Positions 20,496-31,620 of a DNA stretch of 64,000 nucleotides are shown here, piece after piece. Origin of the DNA: an uncultured Microthrixaceae bacterium (GTDB lineage: Bacteria; Actinomycetota; Acidimicrobiia; Acidimicrobiales; VFJN01); assembly GCA_963717755.1 (NCBI GenBank), contig CAVQWY010000002.1:682393-746392 (forward strand), read 5' to 3'. Numbering within the stretch: the stretch's first letter is position 1; each line of letters begins with the position of its first letter. Under the pieces are notes generated by a model. The model worked only from the letters and a program-made list of their open reading frames with translations. It did not search any database and was not told the origin of the DNA. The position numbers and the translations under genes are program-made.

Positions 20496-21764
20496 GCAAG
20501 ATCGCTGTGATCGGCACTGGGTACGTCGGCCTGACCACCGGCGCCTGCTTCGCCCACATCGGCCACGAGGTGGTGTGCGTCGACGTCGACGCGGAGAAGG
20601 TGGCTCAGCTCCAGCGGGGCGAGGTCCCGATCCTCGAGGCGGGCCTCGACAACCTCGTCCGCGAGGGGTTGCAGGACGGACGCCTCCGGTTCGTGGTGGA
20701 CGCCGCGTCCGCCGTCGAAGACTGCGACTTGGCCTACCTGTGCGTGCCCACCCCGCAGGGGGCCGACGGCTCCGCCGACCTCTCGTACATCGAGCAAGCC
20801 GCGCGCGACGATCGGCCCGCTGCTGCCCAGCGAAGCCATCGTCGTCAACAAGTCCACCGTGCCCGTCGGCTCCACCCGCGTGGTCGAGCAGGCGCTCGGC
20901 CGCAGCGACATCTCGGTGGTGTCGAACCCCGAGTTCCTCCGCGAGGGCTCCGCGATCCACGACTTCCTCCATCCCGACCGGATCGTCATCGGCGCCGAAG
21001 ACCAGTCGGCTGCGGTCCGGGTGCAATCGCTCTACCTCGGGATCACCGCGCCGGTCATCGTCACCGATCCGGCGTCGGCCGAGACGATCAAGTACGCCGC
21101 CAACGCGTTCCTCGCCACCAAGATCTCCTTCATCAACGCGGTGGCCGCCGTGTGCGAGGCGGTGGGCGCTGACATCAAGGACGTGGCGCTCGGCATGGGC
21201 TACGACACCCGCATCGGCCACGAGTTCCTGAAGCCCGGGCCCGGTTGGGGCGGCAGCTGCTTCCCCAAGGACACGCGGGCCATGGTGCGGATCGCTGAGG
21301 ACGCGGGGTACGACTTCGACCTCCTCAAGGGCGTGGTCACCGTCAACGACGAGCAGCTGCACCGCGTGGCGGCGAAGATCGTGGAGCTGGCCGGCGGCTC
21401 CGTCTCGGGCAAGCGCATCGGTGTGTGGGGCCTCACGTTCAAGGCCCGCACCGACGATCTCCGCGAGTCGCCGTCGCTGACCGTGATCGAGCACCTCGTC
21501 CAACAGGGCGCGATCGTCCGTGGCTTCGATCCGTCCGGTCCCGGCCCGCTCGAGGGCATCGAGGTCGTGGACGACCCCTACGCCGCCGTCGAAGGGGCGG
21601 AGGTGCTGGCCGTCCTCACGGAGTGGGACGAGTTCCGGTGGCTCGACATCGACAAGGTGGCCAACCTCATGGTTGCGAGGAACGTGGTCGACGCCCGCAA
21701 CCTGCTCGACCGCGCCGCCATGGTGCGCCGCGGCTTCGAGTACCGCGGCATCGGTCGCAGCTGA
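20492..21764 (+). pseudogene. ugd: UDP-glucose 6-dehydrogenase, frameshift near 20810
   Basis: The ATGA overlaps the rmlD stop. IAVIGTGYVGLTTG, then the frame switches before IGPLLPSEAIVVNKSTVPVGS. GWGGSCFPKD catalytic Cys motif. Confidence 0.9.
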
Positions 21765-21814
21765 GTACGGTCCGGCCGTGCTGCTCACGCCCAGGTACGG
21801 CGACGAACCGGTCG

Positions 21815-22618
21815 TTGCACGTCGAGGACGTCGTCGTGGGCGACCACCCGCTCGTCCGCCAGCGGCAACGGCTCGGGGCCTTCCTGGCCGAGCTGCCCGA
21901 GGACGAGTGGCACCGTCCGAGTCGCTGCGAGGGGTGGACGGTGCAGGACGTCGTCACGCACCTCACCAGCACCAACGGCTTCTGGGCGTTCTCGATCCAA
22001 GCGGGCCGGTCGGGCGAGCCGACCCGGTTCCTCGAGCGCGTTCGATCCGGTGGCCTCTCCAGCCCAGCTCGTGCAAGAGGGCCACGGCACCCCGGTCACC
22101 GAGACCCTCGAGGCGTTCACCACGAGCAACGCGGCCCTGGCCGACGTGATGGCGCGCTCGGCCAGGCGGAGTGGGAGACGCTGGCGGAAGCCCCGCCGGG
22201 GCACCTCCCCATCCGGCTCGTCGCCGACCACGCCCTGTGGGACTGCTGGGTGCACGAGCGCGACATCGGGCTCCCGCTCGGCCACGCGCCCACCGTCGAC
22301 CCCGATGAGGTGCTGGTCTGCCTGCGCTACGCCGCCGCGCTCGGTCGGGCCTTCAACCTCTGCCGCGGATCGACCGAGCAGGGCGCCGTCGCCCTGACGG
22401 TCAGCGACCCCGACGCCGTCATCGTGGTGGTCGTCGACGGGAGCGACGTGCGCGTCCACGAGGGGTCTGTCCCCGAGGGAGCGGTGCACCTGGCGGGCGA
22501 CGCCGTCGAGATCCTCGAGATGCTCAGCATGCGCGAGGTCGACGCGCCGGCGCCGGAGGGGCTCGGCTGGCTCACGGCCGGGCTGGCCGAGGTCTTCGAC
22601 CAGCCCGCGACCGTCTGA
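21815..22618 (+). pseudogene. DinB / mycothiol-dependent maleylpyruvate-isomerase-N-domain family protein, 2 frameshifts (near 22036 and 22168)
   Basis: LPEDEWHRPSRCEGWTVQDVVTHL motif. The middle segment FDPVASPAQLVQEGHGTPVTETLEAF... is only in ORF 22050..22397. Start uncertain (TTG 21815 or GTG 21836). Confidence 0.55.
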
Positions 22619-22635
22619 GGTCTCGGTCGCGTCGT

Positions 22636-23833
22636 TCAGCCCTCCAGCAGACGATCGAAGTCCGGCAGGGCGGCTTCGTCGGAGTAGGCGTCCTCGAAGG
22701 CACGGCGCGCCCGCGCCCGGACCTCCGCATCACCGCGCAGCTCCTGGACGGCCGCGACCACGCCGTCCACGTCGCCCTCGCGCAGGCTGCGTCCCGCGCC
22801 GTGGCGGGCGATGGCCTCGTCGACGTTGCTGCCGACGGGCCCGACGTACAGCACCGGGAGCCCGGCCGCGAGGTTGGCGTGGAGCTTCGACGGGCTCATC
22901 ACGCCGAGGGATCGCTCGTCGAGCGTGATGAGCGCGACGTCGGCGCCAGCCATCACCGCCGGCGTGTCGTCCTTGGGCACGTACGTCTGGAACACGACGT
23001 TGGTGAGCCCGCGGGCGGCGGCCGTCGCCTCGAGCTCGGTGCCACCGCGCACCACCGCCGACGAACAGGAAGAGGGCGTCGTCCGCCAGCCGTTCAGCCG
23101 CGGCCAGCACGGTGTCGAAGCGATGGCCGACGCCCGTGTTGCCGAGGTAGAGCACGACGGTGCGATCACCCACGTCGAAGGCGTCGTAGCCCGCCCAGAC
23201 CGGGACGTCCTCGGCCGGGAAGAGCGCAGGCGCTCCCAGTTCGGCACCACCGCGAAGTGCGGCTGGCTCGGGCTGGCCGCGTACTGCGATTCGAGCAGCT
23301 CGACCATCGCGCCGTCGAGGCCGACCACCAGCTCGATCCGGCGGAAGAGCCAGCGGTTGAGGGCGCGGAGGGTGCGGCTCGCGACCCCGCCGGGTCGCAG
23401 CTCGCCGAAGCGCTCGGCCGCGTCCGGGTAGCAGTCCATGCTCCACAGGACGATGCGCGTGCGGCGGTGCAGCAGCTGGTGGAGCACCGCGGCGAGGACG
23501 ACGAACGGCGGCGTGGTCATCGCGACGATCACGTCCTGCCGCGGGAGCCGCAGCAGGCGCACGGCGCTCCCGACGGAGAACGACGCGTAGCCGAGCAGGC
23601 GGCGAGCCCGCGACGACTTGCCGAGGTCGGGGGTCCAGCACGCGACGGATGCGCAGGCCCGGACCGGTCCTGACCACCCCCGCGGGGGCCAGCCCCTCCA
23701 GGTACCCGGCGCGGCCCGTGACGATCGTGACCTGGTCGCCGAGCTCGGCCCGATGCTCGGCCAGCGACGCAGCGAGCTGGGCGGTGGGGCTGATGTCGGG
23801 GGCGTAGAACTGGTTGAGGAGCGTCAGCCGCAC
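22636..23833 (-). pseudogene. GT-B (family 4, WcaI-like) glycosyltransferase, at least 3 frameshifts
   Basis: Conserved segments alternate between ORFs 22730..23833 and 22636..23562. In order: [19 protein letters not shown]..., then WTPDLGKSSRARRLLGYASF..., then VVLYLGNTGVGHRFDTVL..., then TNVVFQTYVPKDD... Confidence 0.8.
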
Positions 23834-23846
23834 CGGGTGGAGCCGA

Positions 23847-24960
23847 TCACTCGAGCTGCGCCGTCACGGCCGCCACCATCTCCTCGACGATGGTCTCGAG
23901 GTCGCGATCCTGGCTGCCAGCCAGGGAAGTGCCCCCGGAACTTGGCCATGTCTGAGTAGTAGCAGATGTGGTCGCCGACCCGAGCTTGGTCGTCGTAGGT
24001 GAGGACCGGCCGCTTGCCACCCGAGGCGTCGGCAACCAGCTCCACGCACTCGAGCAGGCTGGCGGCGTTCGCTTTGCCGCCCCCGAGGTTGTACGCCTCG
24101 CCCGGACGAGGGTCCTGGGCGAAGGCCCAGAACGCGCTGATGACGTCGGCCGAGTGGATCTGATCGCGGACCTGCTTCCCCTTGTAGCCGAAGATCGTGT
24201 ACGGCCCTTCCCGCAGCGCGGTGAGCACGAGGTAGCTGAGGAAGCCGTGCAGCTCCACCCCCGCGTGGTGCGGGCCGGTGAGGCAGCCGCCCCGGAACGC
24301 GCCGGTGCGGAGCCCGAAGTAGCGCCCGTACTCCTGCGTGAGCACGTCGGCCGCCACCTTGGAGGCGCCGAACAGCGAGTGGGTGCAGTGGTCGAGCGAC
24401 ATCGTCTCGTCGATGCCCTCGGCCATGGCGGGGTCGGCGTAGTCCCAGCGCGTCTCGAGCTCGACGAGCGGCACCTGGTTGGGGTTGTCGCCGTAGACCT
24501 TGTTCGTCGACACCGTGATGAACACGGCGTCGGGAGTGTGGCGGCGGGCGGCCTCCAGCAGGTTCAGCGTGCCGCCCGCGTTCACGTCGAAGTCGTCGAA
24601 CGGTCGCGAGGCGGCGAGATCGTGGCTCGGCTGCGCGGCGGCGTGGATGACCAGCTCGTACTGGCCGGCCTGCACGAGGGCGTCGACGGCGGCGCGGTCG
24701 CGGATGTCGGTGTCGTGGTGGGTGTAGCGCTGGCACGTCGCCTCGAGGCGCTCGCGGTTCCACGTCGTGTCCCCGCCCGGGCCGAAGAAGTCGGCTCGCA
24801 TGTTGTTGTCGACGCCGTGGACGTCGAAGCCGAGGCCGTCGAAGAACTCCACCGCCTCCGACCCGATGAGGCCCGCGCTGCCGGTGACGAGCACCTTCAC
24901 GACGGTGCCGCGGCAGCCAGGAGGCGGGGGGACATGGCTCGGGACACTACCGGTTGCCAT
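23847..24960 (-). pseudogene. NAD-dependent sugar epimerase/dehydratase (CDP-paratose-2-epimerase-like), frameshift near 23917
   Basis: [12 protein letters not shown] and [11 protein letters not shown] (YxxxK region). The last ~22 aa ([21 protein letters not shown]) are in ORF 23847..24035. The start is ATG 24960 (GGAG 7 nt upstream) or GTG 24900. Confidence 0.75.
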
Positions 24961-24981
24961 GTCAGACTCCACGAGCCGCCC

Positions 24982-26062
24982 ATGCGAGTCGCCGTCACCC
25001 TCGAGCAGTGCTGGCACCGGGTGCCCGGTGGGACCGCCCGCGCCACGCTCGACACCGTCGCCGCCGTCGCAGGCGCGCGGTGGCGTCGAGCAGGTGGGGG
25101 TGAGCGCCTGGCACCGCGACCCCGCACCGGCGGCGTGGCGGCCGCCGGTGGACGTGCGACGGGTACGGCTCCCGCGGGTCCTCCTCTACGACGCCTGGCA
25201 GCGCCTCCGTCGCCCTCGCGTCGAGGGCGCCACCGGGCCGGTGGACGTGGTGCACTCGACCGCGCACGTGGCGGCGCCGTCGCGGGCACCCATGGTGGCG
25301 ACGATCCACGACCTGCACTTCCTGCACGAGCCGGGGCACTTCACCGCGCGTGGGGTCGCGGTGTTCAACCGGTTCCTCGACATCGTGCGCGACGAGGCCG
25401 CCATCGTGGTCTGCCCGTCGGAGGCCACCCGCGCCGACTGCGAGACGGCTGGCATCGACGCCGCTCGTCTTCGCGTCACGCCGTGGGGCACCAACGCCCA
25501 GCCGGTGGCCGCGGGGGAGGTGGAGCGCGTGCGCCGCACCTACGACCTCACCCGACCGTTCGTGCTCTTCACCGGCACGGTGGAGCCGCGCAAGAACCTG
25601 GGCCGCCTGCTCGAGGCGTTCGGACGGCTGGGCGACGTCGACGCCGAGCTGGTCGTCGTGGGCCCCGAGGGCTGGCACACCGACCTCCCGGACGTCGCGG
25701 CGCGCCGGCTGGGCTTCGTGCCTCAAGCGGACCGCGACGCGCTGTACGCCGCCGCGAACGTCGTCGCCTACCCGAGCCTCCGCGAGGGCTTCGGGCTGCC
25801 GGTGCTCGAGGCCATGGTGCAAGGCGCCGCGGTGGTGACCTCTGCGACGACGTCCACCGCCGAGGTGGCGGGCGACGCCGGCCTGCTCGTGGATCCCCTC
25901 GACGTCGATGCCATCGCCGGTGCCCTCCGCCGCCTGCTCGACGACCCGGAGCTCGCCGCCCGTCTCGGAGCGGCGGCTCGCCGGCAGGCCGCGACCTTCA
26001 CGTGGGACCGGACCGCGGCCGCGGTCACCGACGCCTACCGCGACGCGGTGGAGGCCCCATGA
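24982..26062 (+). pseudogene. GT-B family 1/4 glycosyltransferase, frameshift near 25078
   Basis: The N-terminus [24 protein letters not shown] is in the frame of ORF 23968... The rest is in ORF 24767..26062 (EPRKNL, YPSLREGFGLPVLEAM). Confidence 0.8.
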
Positions 26063-27186
26063 CCGCCACGGTCGGTCTGAACCTCCTGTGGCTCGTGCCC
26101 GGCGCCGTCGGCGGGAGCGAGCAGTCGACGGTGGCCACGCTGCGGGCCCTCCGGGACCTCGCCCCGCCCGACCTCGACCTGCGCCTGTTCGTGCTGGAGC
26201 CGTTCGGCCTCGCCCACCCCGATGTCGTGGCCGCGTTCCCCACCGAGGTGCTGCCCGTGTCGGGTCGCTCGCGGATCGTGCGGGTCGGCGGCGAGGCGTC
26301 GTGGCTGTCGGCCCGCACGCGCCGGTTGGACCTCGTGCACCACGCCGGCGGCACCGCCCCACCGCGGGGGAGGGCGCCATACGTCCTCACCGTGCACGAC
26401 CTCCAGCCGCTCGAGCGCCAAGCCACCCATGGCCGGGGCAAGCGGGCCTACCTCCGCTCCGTCCTTCCGCGATCCGTCCGGCGCGCCCGATCGGTGGCTG
26501 TGCCCAGTGACTTCGTGCGCGAGTCGGTGGTCTCCCGCTTCGACGTCGATCCGGCTCGGGTCGTCACGATCCCGCACGGCGTGGCCCGACCGACGACCGT
26601 CGTCAGCTCCGAAGCCGTGGTGCGCGCCCGCTACCAGCTCGACGGGCCGGTGGTGCTCTACCCGGCCATCACCTACCCGCACAAGAACCACGTCACGCTG
26701 GTCGAGGCGTTCGCCCGAGTGCGCGAGCACCACCCCGACGCGGTGCTCGTCCTGTCAGGAGCCGAGGGGGCCTGTGAGGGGGCGGTGCTGGAGCAGGTCG
26801 ATCGGCTCGGGCTCCAGCGCAGCGTCCGCCGGGTGGGTCGCATCTCGGACGCCGACGTGGCCGGCCTCTACGCGGCGGCGACGGTGGTGGCGGTGCCCTC
26901 GACCTACGAGGGGTTCGGGCTGCCCGCCGCCGAGGCCATGGCGGCGGGAGTGGCCCTGGTGGCCGCCGATGCCACTGCCCTGCCAGAGGTCGTGGGCGAC
27001 GCCGGGCTCCTCGTCGAAGCCACCGATCCGCAGGCTTGGGCCGACGCCATCGGCCGGCTCCTGGGTGACCAGGGGGAGCGCGATCGGCTGGTCGCACGGG
27101 GCCGTGATCGGGTGCTGCGGTACTCGTGGCGGGCCAACGCGGAGGCGTTCGCCGACCTCTACCGGGCGGCGGTGGCCACCGGCTGA
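26059..27186 (+). CDS. GT-B family 1/4 glycosyltransferase
   Basis: The ATGA overlaps the upstream stop. Intact ~375 aa. YPHKNH and PSTYEGFGLPAAEAMAAG motifs. Confidence 0.85.
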   Translation: MTATVGLNLLWLVPGAVGGSEQSTVATLRALRDLAPPDLDLRLFVLEPFGLAHPDVVAAFPTEVLPVSGRSRIVRVGGEASWLSARTRRLDLVHHAGGTAPPRGRAPYVLTVHDLQPLERQATHGRGKRAYLRSVLPRSVRRARSVAVPSDFVRESVVSRFDVDPARVVTIPHGVARPTTVVSSEAVVRARYQLDGPVVLYPAITYPHKNHVTLVEAFARVREHHPDAVLVLSGAEGACEGAVLEQVDRLGLQRSVRRVGRISDADVAGLYAAATVVAVPSTYEGFGLPAAEAMAAGVALVAADATALPEVVGDAGLLVEATDPQAWADAIGRLLGDQGERDRLVARGRDRVLRYSWRANAEAFADLYRAAVATG

Positions 27187-27241
27187 GCCCGTCGGGGCCG
27201 AATGGGTCCGGCCGCGCGGCTCTTGTAGGGTGAGCGACCCT

Positions 27242-28048
27242 ATGGGTAAGGCATCGTCGTCGAAGAAGGTGGCCCGCGCGGCGCGAGCCGGCGGCCGGGT
27301 GTCCTCCGGGCAGCCCCGCGGCCTCCTGTTCCCCAGCGTCCTCACGCTGATCGTGGTGCTGGGGGTGGCCTTGGTCGTGTACGCCCGGAACGACCGCAGC
27401 AACGAGGATCTCGGCGGGGTCCCGCAGCTCGGCGACCACATCCACCAGGCGATCGCCATCAACATCTGCGGCGTCGAGCAGGCGGTCGTGCCCGAGTGGG
27501 AGCCGAGCCCGATCGGCCTCCACACCCACGGTGACGGCGTCATGCACATCCACCCGTTCTCGCAGCTCGGCGTGGGCACCAACGCCACCCTCGGCCGCTT
27601 CATCCAGAGCGCGCGCGACGAGGGCAACCTGGACTTCTCACTGTCGGACACCAAGCTCGAGTACCTCGACGAGACCTACGAAGAGGGCGAGAGCAAGTGC
27701 GAGGGGGTCGAGGATCCCGAGCTGCGCCTGGCGTACTGGGACGACGTGCAGGACGCGGCGTCCGTGCCTGAGGTGACCACCGGCGGCTTCTCCGACAAGC
27801 GCCTCACGAAGAACGGCTCCGGGGTCACGATCTTCTTCGGCGACCCCGACGCAGACATCCCGAAGCCGGCGAGCGCTCCGCAGCTCGAGGCTCTGGGTGC
27901 CGTCGACCAGGACCCGAGCGCGACCACCTCGACGACCTCGGGCGAGACCACCACCACCGCGCCCGGTGCGACCACCACGACCGCGCCAGGGGCCACGACC
28001 TCGACGACGGCCGCGGGCGACACCACGACGACGACCGCGGCGCCCTAG
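27242..28048 (+). CDS. Membrane-anchored hypothetical protein with Thr/Pro-rich tail
   Basis: MGKASSSKKVARAARAGG, one TM helix, a globular part (HIHQAIAINICG...HTHGDGVMHIHPF) and a TTTAPGATTTT low-complexity end. Confidence 0.6.
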   Translation: MGKASSSKKVARAARAGGRVSSGQPRGLLFPSVLTLIVVLGVALVVYARNDRSNEDLGGVPQLGDHIHQAIAINICGVEQAVVPEWEPSPIGLHTHGDGVMHIHPFSQLGVGTNATLGRFIQSARDEGNLDFSLSDTKLEYLDETYEEGESKCEGVEDPELRLAYWDDVQDAASVPEVTTGGFSDKRLTKNGSGVTIFFGDPDADIPKPASAPQLEALGAVDQDPSATTSTTSGETTTTAPGATTTTAPGATTSTTAAGDTTTTTAAP

Positions 28049-28053
28049 TCGCG

Positions 28054-29053
28054 ATGCGGGCGGTCGTGCTCGTCGGGGGCTTCGGCACTCGCCTTCGTCC
28101 GCTGACGCGCGCGACCCCCAAGCAGATGCTGCCGGTGGTGAACCGGCCGATGATCGAGCGGGTGCTCGAGCACCTGGCCGACCACGGCGTCACGTCGGCG
28201 GTCCTGAGCCTCGGGTACCGCCCCGATGCCTTCCAGGACGCCTACCCGTCGGGACGCTGCGCCGGGGTCGACCTGCACTACGCCATCGAGCCCGAGCCGC
28301 GTGACACCGCCGGCGCGATCCGGTTCGCGGCCGTCGACGCGGGCATCACCGAGCGCTTCCTGGTGTTGAACGGCGACATCCTGACTGACCTCGACATCGG
28401 GGCCCTGCTGGCCGCCCACGAGCGCACCGGTGCCGAAGGGACGATCGCCCTCCACCGGGTGCTGGACCCGTCGGCCTTCGGGGTCGTCCCCACCGACGAC
28501 GACGGGCGCGTGACGGCGTTCATCGAGAAGCCGCCACGAGACGAGGCGCCCACCGACCTGATCAACGCCGGGACGTACGTGCTGGAGCCGTCGGTGCTCG
28601 ACGCGGATCACGCCGGACGTGCCCGTCAACGTCGAGCGGGTCACGTTCCCCGCCATGGTGGCGGACGGCTCGCTCTACGCCCTCGACGGCGACACGTACT
28701 GGATCGATGCCGGCGTCCCCACCACCTACCTCGCCGCCAACCTCGACCTCATCAACGGCCATCGCCTCCCCTCGGAGCCCGGGGTGCACCCAGACGCCGA
28801 GGTCGACGGCGCGGTGGTCGAGGCGGTCATCGGAGCGGGCGCCCGGATCGGCGAGGGCGCGCTCGTCTCGACGTCGGTGGTCTTCCCGGGAGCCGTCGTG
28901 GCCGAGGGCGCCGTGGTGCGGGATGCCATCATTGGCGCTCGGGCCTCCATCGGGGCCGGAGCGGTGCTCGAGGGGGGCACGGTCGTAGGCGACGATGAGG
29001 TCGTCCCCGCCGGGGCGGAGCTGGCAGGGGTGCGGATCCCAGAGGAGAGCTGA
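28054..29053 (+). pseudogene. manC: Mannose-1-phosphate guanylyltransferase-type sugar nucleotidyltransferase with LbH tail, frameshift near 28605
   Basis: MRAVVLVGGFGTRLRPLT...KQMLPV, EKP, INAGTYV. After the shift, ITPDVPVNVERVTFPAMV... and left-handed-helix hexapeptide repeats. Confidence 0.8.
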
Positions 29054-29994
29054 TGCAGGCGCTGGTCACCGGAGGAGCAGGGTTCATCGGCTCGACGCTC
29101 GTCGACCGGCTGCTCGCCGAGGGCCATCGCGTCGACGTGGTGGACGACCTCTCGAGCGGTTCGCTGGCCAACCTGGCCGAGGCGAGGGCGGATCGCAGCA
29201 ACGAGCTGAAGGTCCACCAGGTCGACATCCGCGACCCGGCCGTGATCGAGGTCATCGGCCGGCGCCAGCCCGAGGTCGTCTTCCACCTCGCCGCGCAGGC
29301 CGACGTGCGGGTGTCCGTCGCCCGACCCTCGTTCGACGCCGAGATCAACATCATCGGGAGCCTCAACGTCCTCGAAGGCGCGCGCGTCGGTGGCACCCGC
29401 AAGGTGGTGTTCGCGTCGAGCGGCGGCACGATCTACGGCGAGCCGGCGCCCGCCGACCTCCCCGTCAAGGAGTCGCACCCGCAACAACCGCTCTCGCCGT
29501 ACGGCGTGGCCAAGCGGGTGGTCACCGACTACCTCCACGTGTACCGGGAGCTGCACTCGATCGAGTTCACGTCGCTGGCCATGGCCAACATCTACGGGCC
29601 CCGGCAGGATCCGCACGGCGAGGCGGGGGTGGTGGCGATCTTCGCCGGGCTGCTCCTCGAAGGGAAGCCGTGCACCGTGTTCGGGGACGGCAAGCAGACG
29701 CGCGACTTCGTCTACGTCGACGACGCCGTCGACGCCTTCGTCCGGGCCGCCGATCGCGGCAGTGGACTGCTGTGCAACGTCGGCACCGGCGTGGAGACCT
29801 CGGTGAACGAGCTGTACGAGGCGATGGCGGCGGCGGCCGGGGTGACGACACCGCCCGTGCACGCCCCGGCGCGCGCGGGTGAGCTCGCCCGCAGCGCGCT
29901 CGATCCGGGGAGGGCCGCCCTCCACCTCGGGTGGGAGCCCTGGACCGATCTGCCCACCGGCGTCGCCGAGGTCCTGCGCTGGTTCCAGGGCTGA
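29053..29994 (+). CDS. UDP-glucose 4-epimerase-like NAD-dependent epimerase
   Basis: Intact 313 aa. ALVTGGAGFIGS and SPYGVAKRV (YxxxK). TGATG overlap with manC. Confidence 0.85.
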   Translation: MQALVTGGAGFIGSTLVDRLLAEGHRVDVVDDLSSGSLANLAEARADRSNELKVHQVDIRDPAVIEVIGRRQPEVVFHLAAQADVRVSVARPSFDAEINIIGSLNVLEGARVGGTRKVVFASSGGTIYGEPAPADLPVKESHPQQPLSPYGVAKRVVTDYLHVYRELHSIEFTSLAMANIYGPRQDPHGEAGVVAIFAGLLLEGKPCTVFGDGKQTRDFVYVDDAVDAFVRAADRGSGLLCNVGTGVETSVNELYEAMAAAAGVTTPPVHAPARAGELARSALDPGRAALHLGWEPWTDLPTGVAEVLRWFQG

Positions 29995-30001
29995 GCGCGC
30001 G

Positions 30002-30703
30002 CTAGCGGAACAGGTCCTCCTGCGAGGGCCGCACCACCTCGGCGTGCACCTCACCCCGTCCGAGCCAGCTCGGGTCGACGCCGCGCACCACGGCTGCGGC
30101 CACGCCGGACGCCTTGCCCATCACGAGCTCGGCCGCCGCCGCCAGCTCGTCGACGACGCACACCTCGGTGACCTGCAGCTCGCGACCGCGGGTGTCCTCC
30201 GTGCCCCGCAGGTCGACCACGGCGCGGATGCCCGCGCAGCCGATGGCGACATCGGTGAGGCCGCGCCGCCAGGGTCGGCCGAAGGTGTCCGAGATGATCA
30301 CCGCCACCTCGACGCCGAGGGCCGCGCGCAACCCGTCCCGGATCCGGCGGGCCGAGCGATCGCTGTCGTCGGGGAGCAGCGCGGCCCAGCCCTCGTCCAC
30401 GTTGGAGAGGTCGACGCCGGCGTTGGCGCACACGAAGCCGTGCTTCGTCTCGCTGATGATGAGGTCACCCCGCCGGCGCACCACGCGCACCGATTGCTCT
30501 TCGACGATGGCCTTGTGCCCGCGCGGGTCCGACGGGTCGATGGGTGCCATCGCGCCTTCGGCCTTCGACACGACCTTCTGCGTGACCACCACGACGTCCC
30601 CGTCGCGAAGTCCCGGCTCGGCGGCCGCGATGAAGCCGGCCAGGTCGTCGCCCGCCCGCACCTCCGGGATGCCCGCCACGCCGAACACCTCGAGGCGCGT
30701 CAC
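30002..30703 (-). CDS. cofE: Coenzyme F420-0:L-glutamate ligase
   Basis: The GTG overlaps the cofD stop (GTGA). VVVTQKVVSKAEG, HGFVCANAGVD and ISDTFGRPWR motifs. Embedded in long ORF 30002..31408. Confidence 0.85.
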   Translation of the reverse strand: MTRLEVFGVAGIPEVRAGDDLAGFIAAAEPGLRDGDVVVVTQKVVSKAEGAMAPIDPSDPRGHKAIVEEQSVRVVRRRGDLIISETKHGFVCANAGVDLSNVDEGWAALLPDDSDRSARRIRDGLRAALGVEVAVIISDTFGRPWRRGLTDVAIGCAGIRAVVDLRGTEDTRGRELQVTEVCVVDELAAAAELVMGKASGVAAAVVRGVDPSWLGRGEVHAEVVRPSQEDLFR

Positions 30704-31620
30704 GCCAACACCACCTCGGCGAGCGCCCGGGCCTCGTCGGGGCCGTGCATGATCGTCGGAGCCACCACGCAGCGCAGGCCCTCGGCTTCCACCGCGGCGG
30801 CGTGGTCGGCGTCGACCTCGTCGATCACCAGGGTGGCCACGAGAGGAGCGTAGAGGCGGGCCACGCCGACCACCGATGCCTCGTGACCGAGCTCGCGCAG
30901 GAGGCGGTCGGCGGGACCCTTGAGCGCGGCGCCGGCGATGATCGGGGACACGGCCACCGCGTCCTCGCGGCGGGCGACGACCGCGTCCCGCACGCCCGGC
31001 ACCGCGAGGACGGGATCGATCGACACCAACGGGTTCGACGGTGCCACCACGACCCGCCGGGCCGAGGCGATGGCCTGGAGCACGAACGGCGCCGGACGGG
31101 CGGTGTCGGCGCCCTCGAACCGGATGGCCTCGACGGGCACGTCGTGGTGCCGTTGCACGAAGTACTCCTGGAACCCGATCTCGCCCTCCCCAGCCACCGT
31201 GACCCGCGTCTGCACGCGATCGTCGGTGACGGGGAGCAGGCGCAGCCCGAGCCCCCACGCGTCGGCGATCTCGGCGCTCACCTCGGACAGCGCGGCGCCG
31301 GACCGCAGGCGGTCGGTGCGGTACAGGTGGGTGGCGAGGTCGCGGTCGCCGAGGTTGAACCACGTGACGGCGCGCGGGTAGCGGCCGAGGGCATCCATGG
31401 CGTGCCACGTCTCTCCCGCCAACCCCCAGCCCCGGTCCGGGTCGATGGCACCGGCGACGGTGTAGGTGATGGTGTCGAGGTCGGGGCTGATGTGCAGTCC
31501 GTGGAGCTCGACGTCGTCGCCCACGTTCACGATGGCGGTGATGTCCGCGGGCGGGACGGCTCGCACGAGCCCCGCCAGCAGGCGGGCCGCGCCGACCCCG
31601 CCCGAGAGGACGGTGATCAG
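30700..31620 (-). CDS. cofD: 2-phospho-L-lactate transferase
   Basis: The ORF track starts at GTG 31566. The conserved N-terminal [18 protein letters not shown] lies upstream in the same frame with no ATG/GTG/TTG, so CTG 31620 is proposed. Body motifs [14 protein letters not shown] and PSNP. Confidence 0.8.
   Translation of the reverse strand: MITVLSGGVGAARLLAGLVRAVPPADITAIVNVGDDVELHGLHISPDLDTITYTVAGAIDPDRGWGLAGETWHAMDALGRYPRAVTWFNLGDRDLATHLYRTDRLRSGAALSEVSAEIADAWGLGLRLLPVTDDRVQTRVTVAGEGEIGFQEYFVQRHHDVPVEAIRFEGADTARPAPFVLQAIASARRVVVAPSNPLVSIDPVLAVPGVRDAVVARREDAVAVSPIIAGAALKGPADRLLRELGHEASVVGVARLYAPLVATLVIDEVDADHAAAVEAEGLRCVVAPTIMHGPDEARALAEVVLA

Noticed and set aside
27930-28040. Short ACC/ACG-rich periodic stretches (also at 16975..17060 and 39990..40030) as possible tandem repeats or a CRISPR-like array.
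   Set aside because: They lie in frame inside coding regions and encode Thr/Pro/Ser-rich linkers. There is no repeat-spacer organisation.
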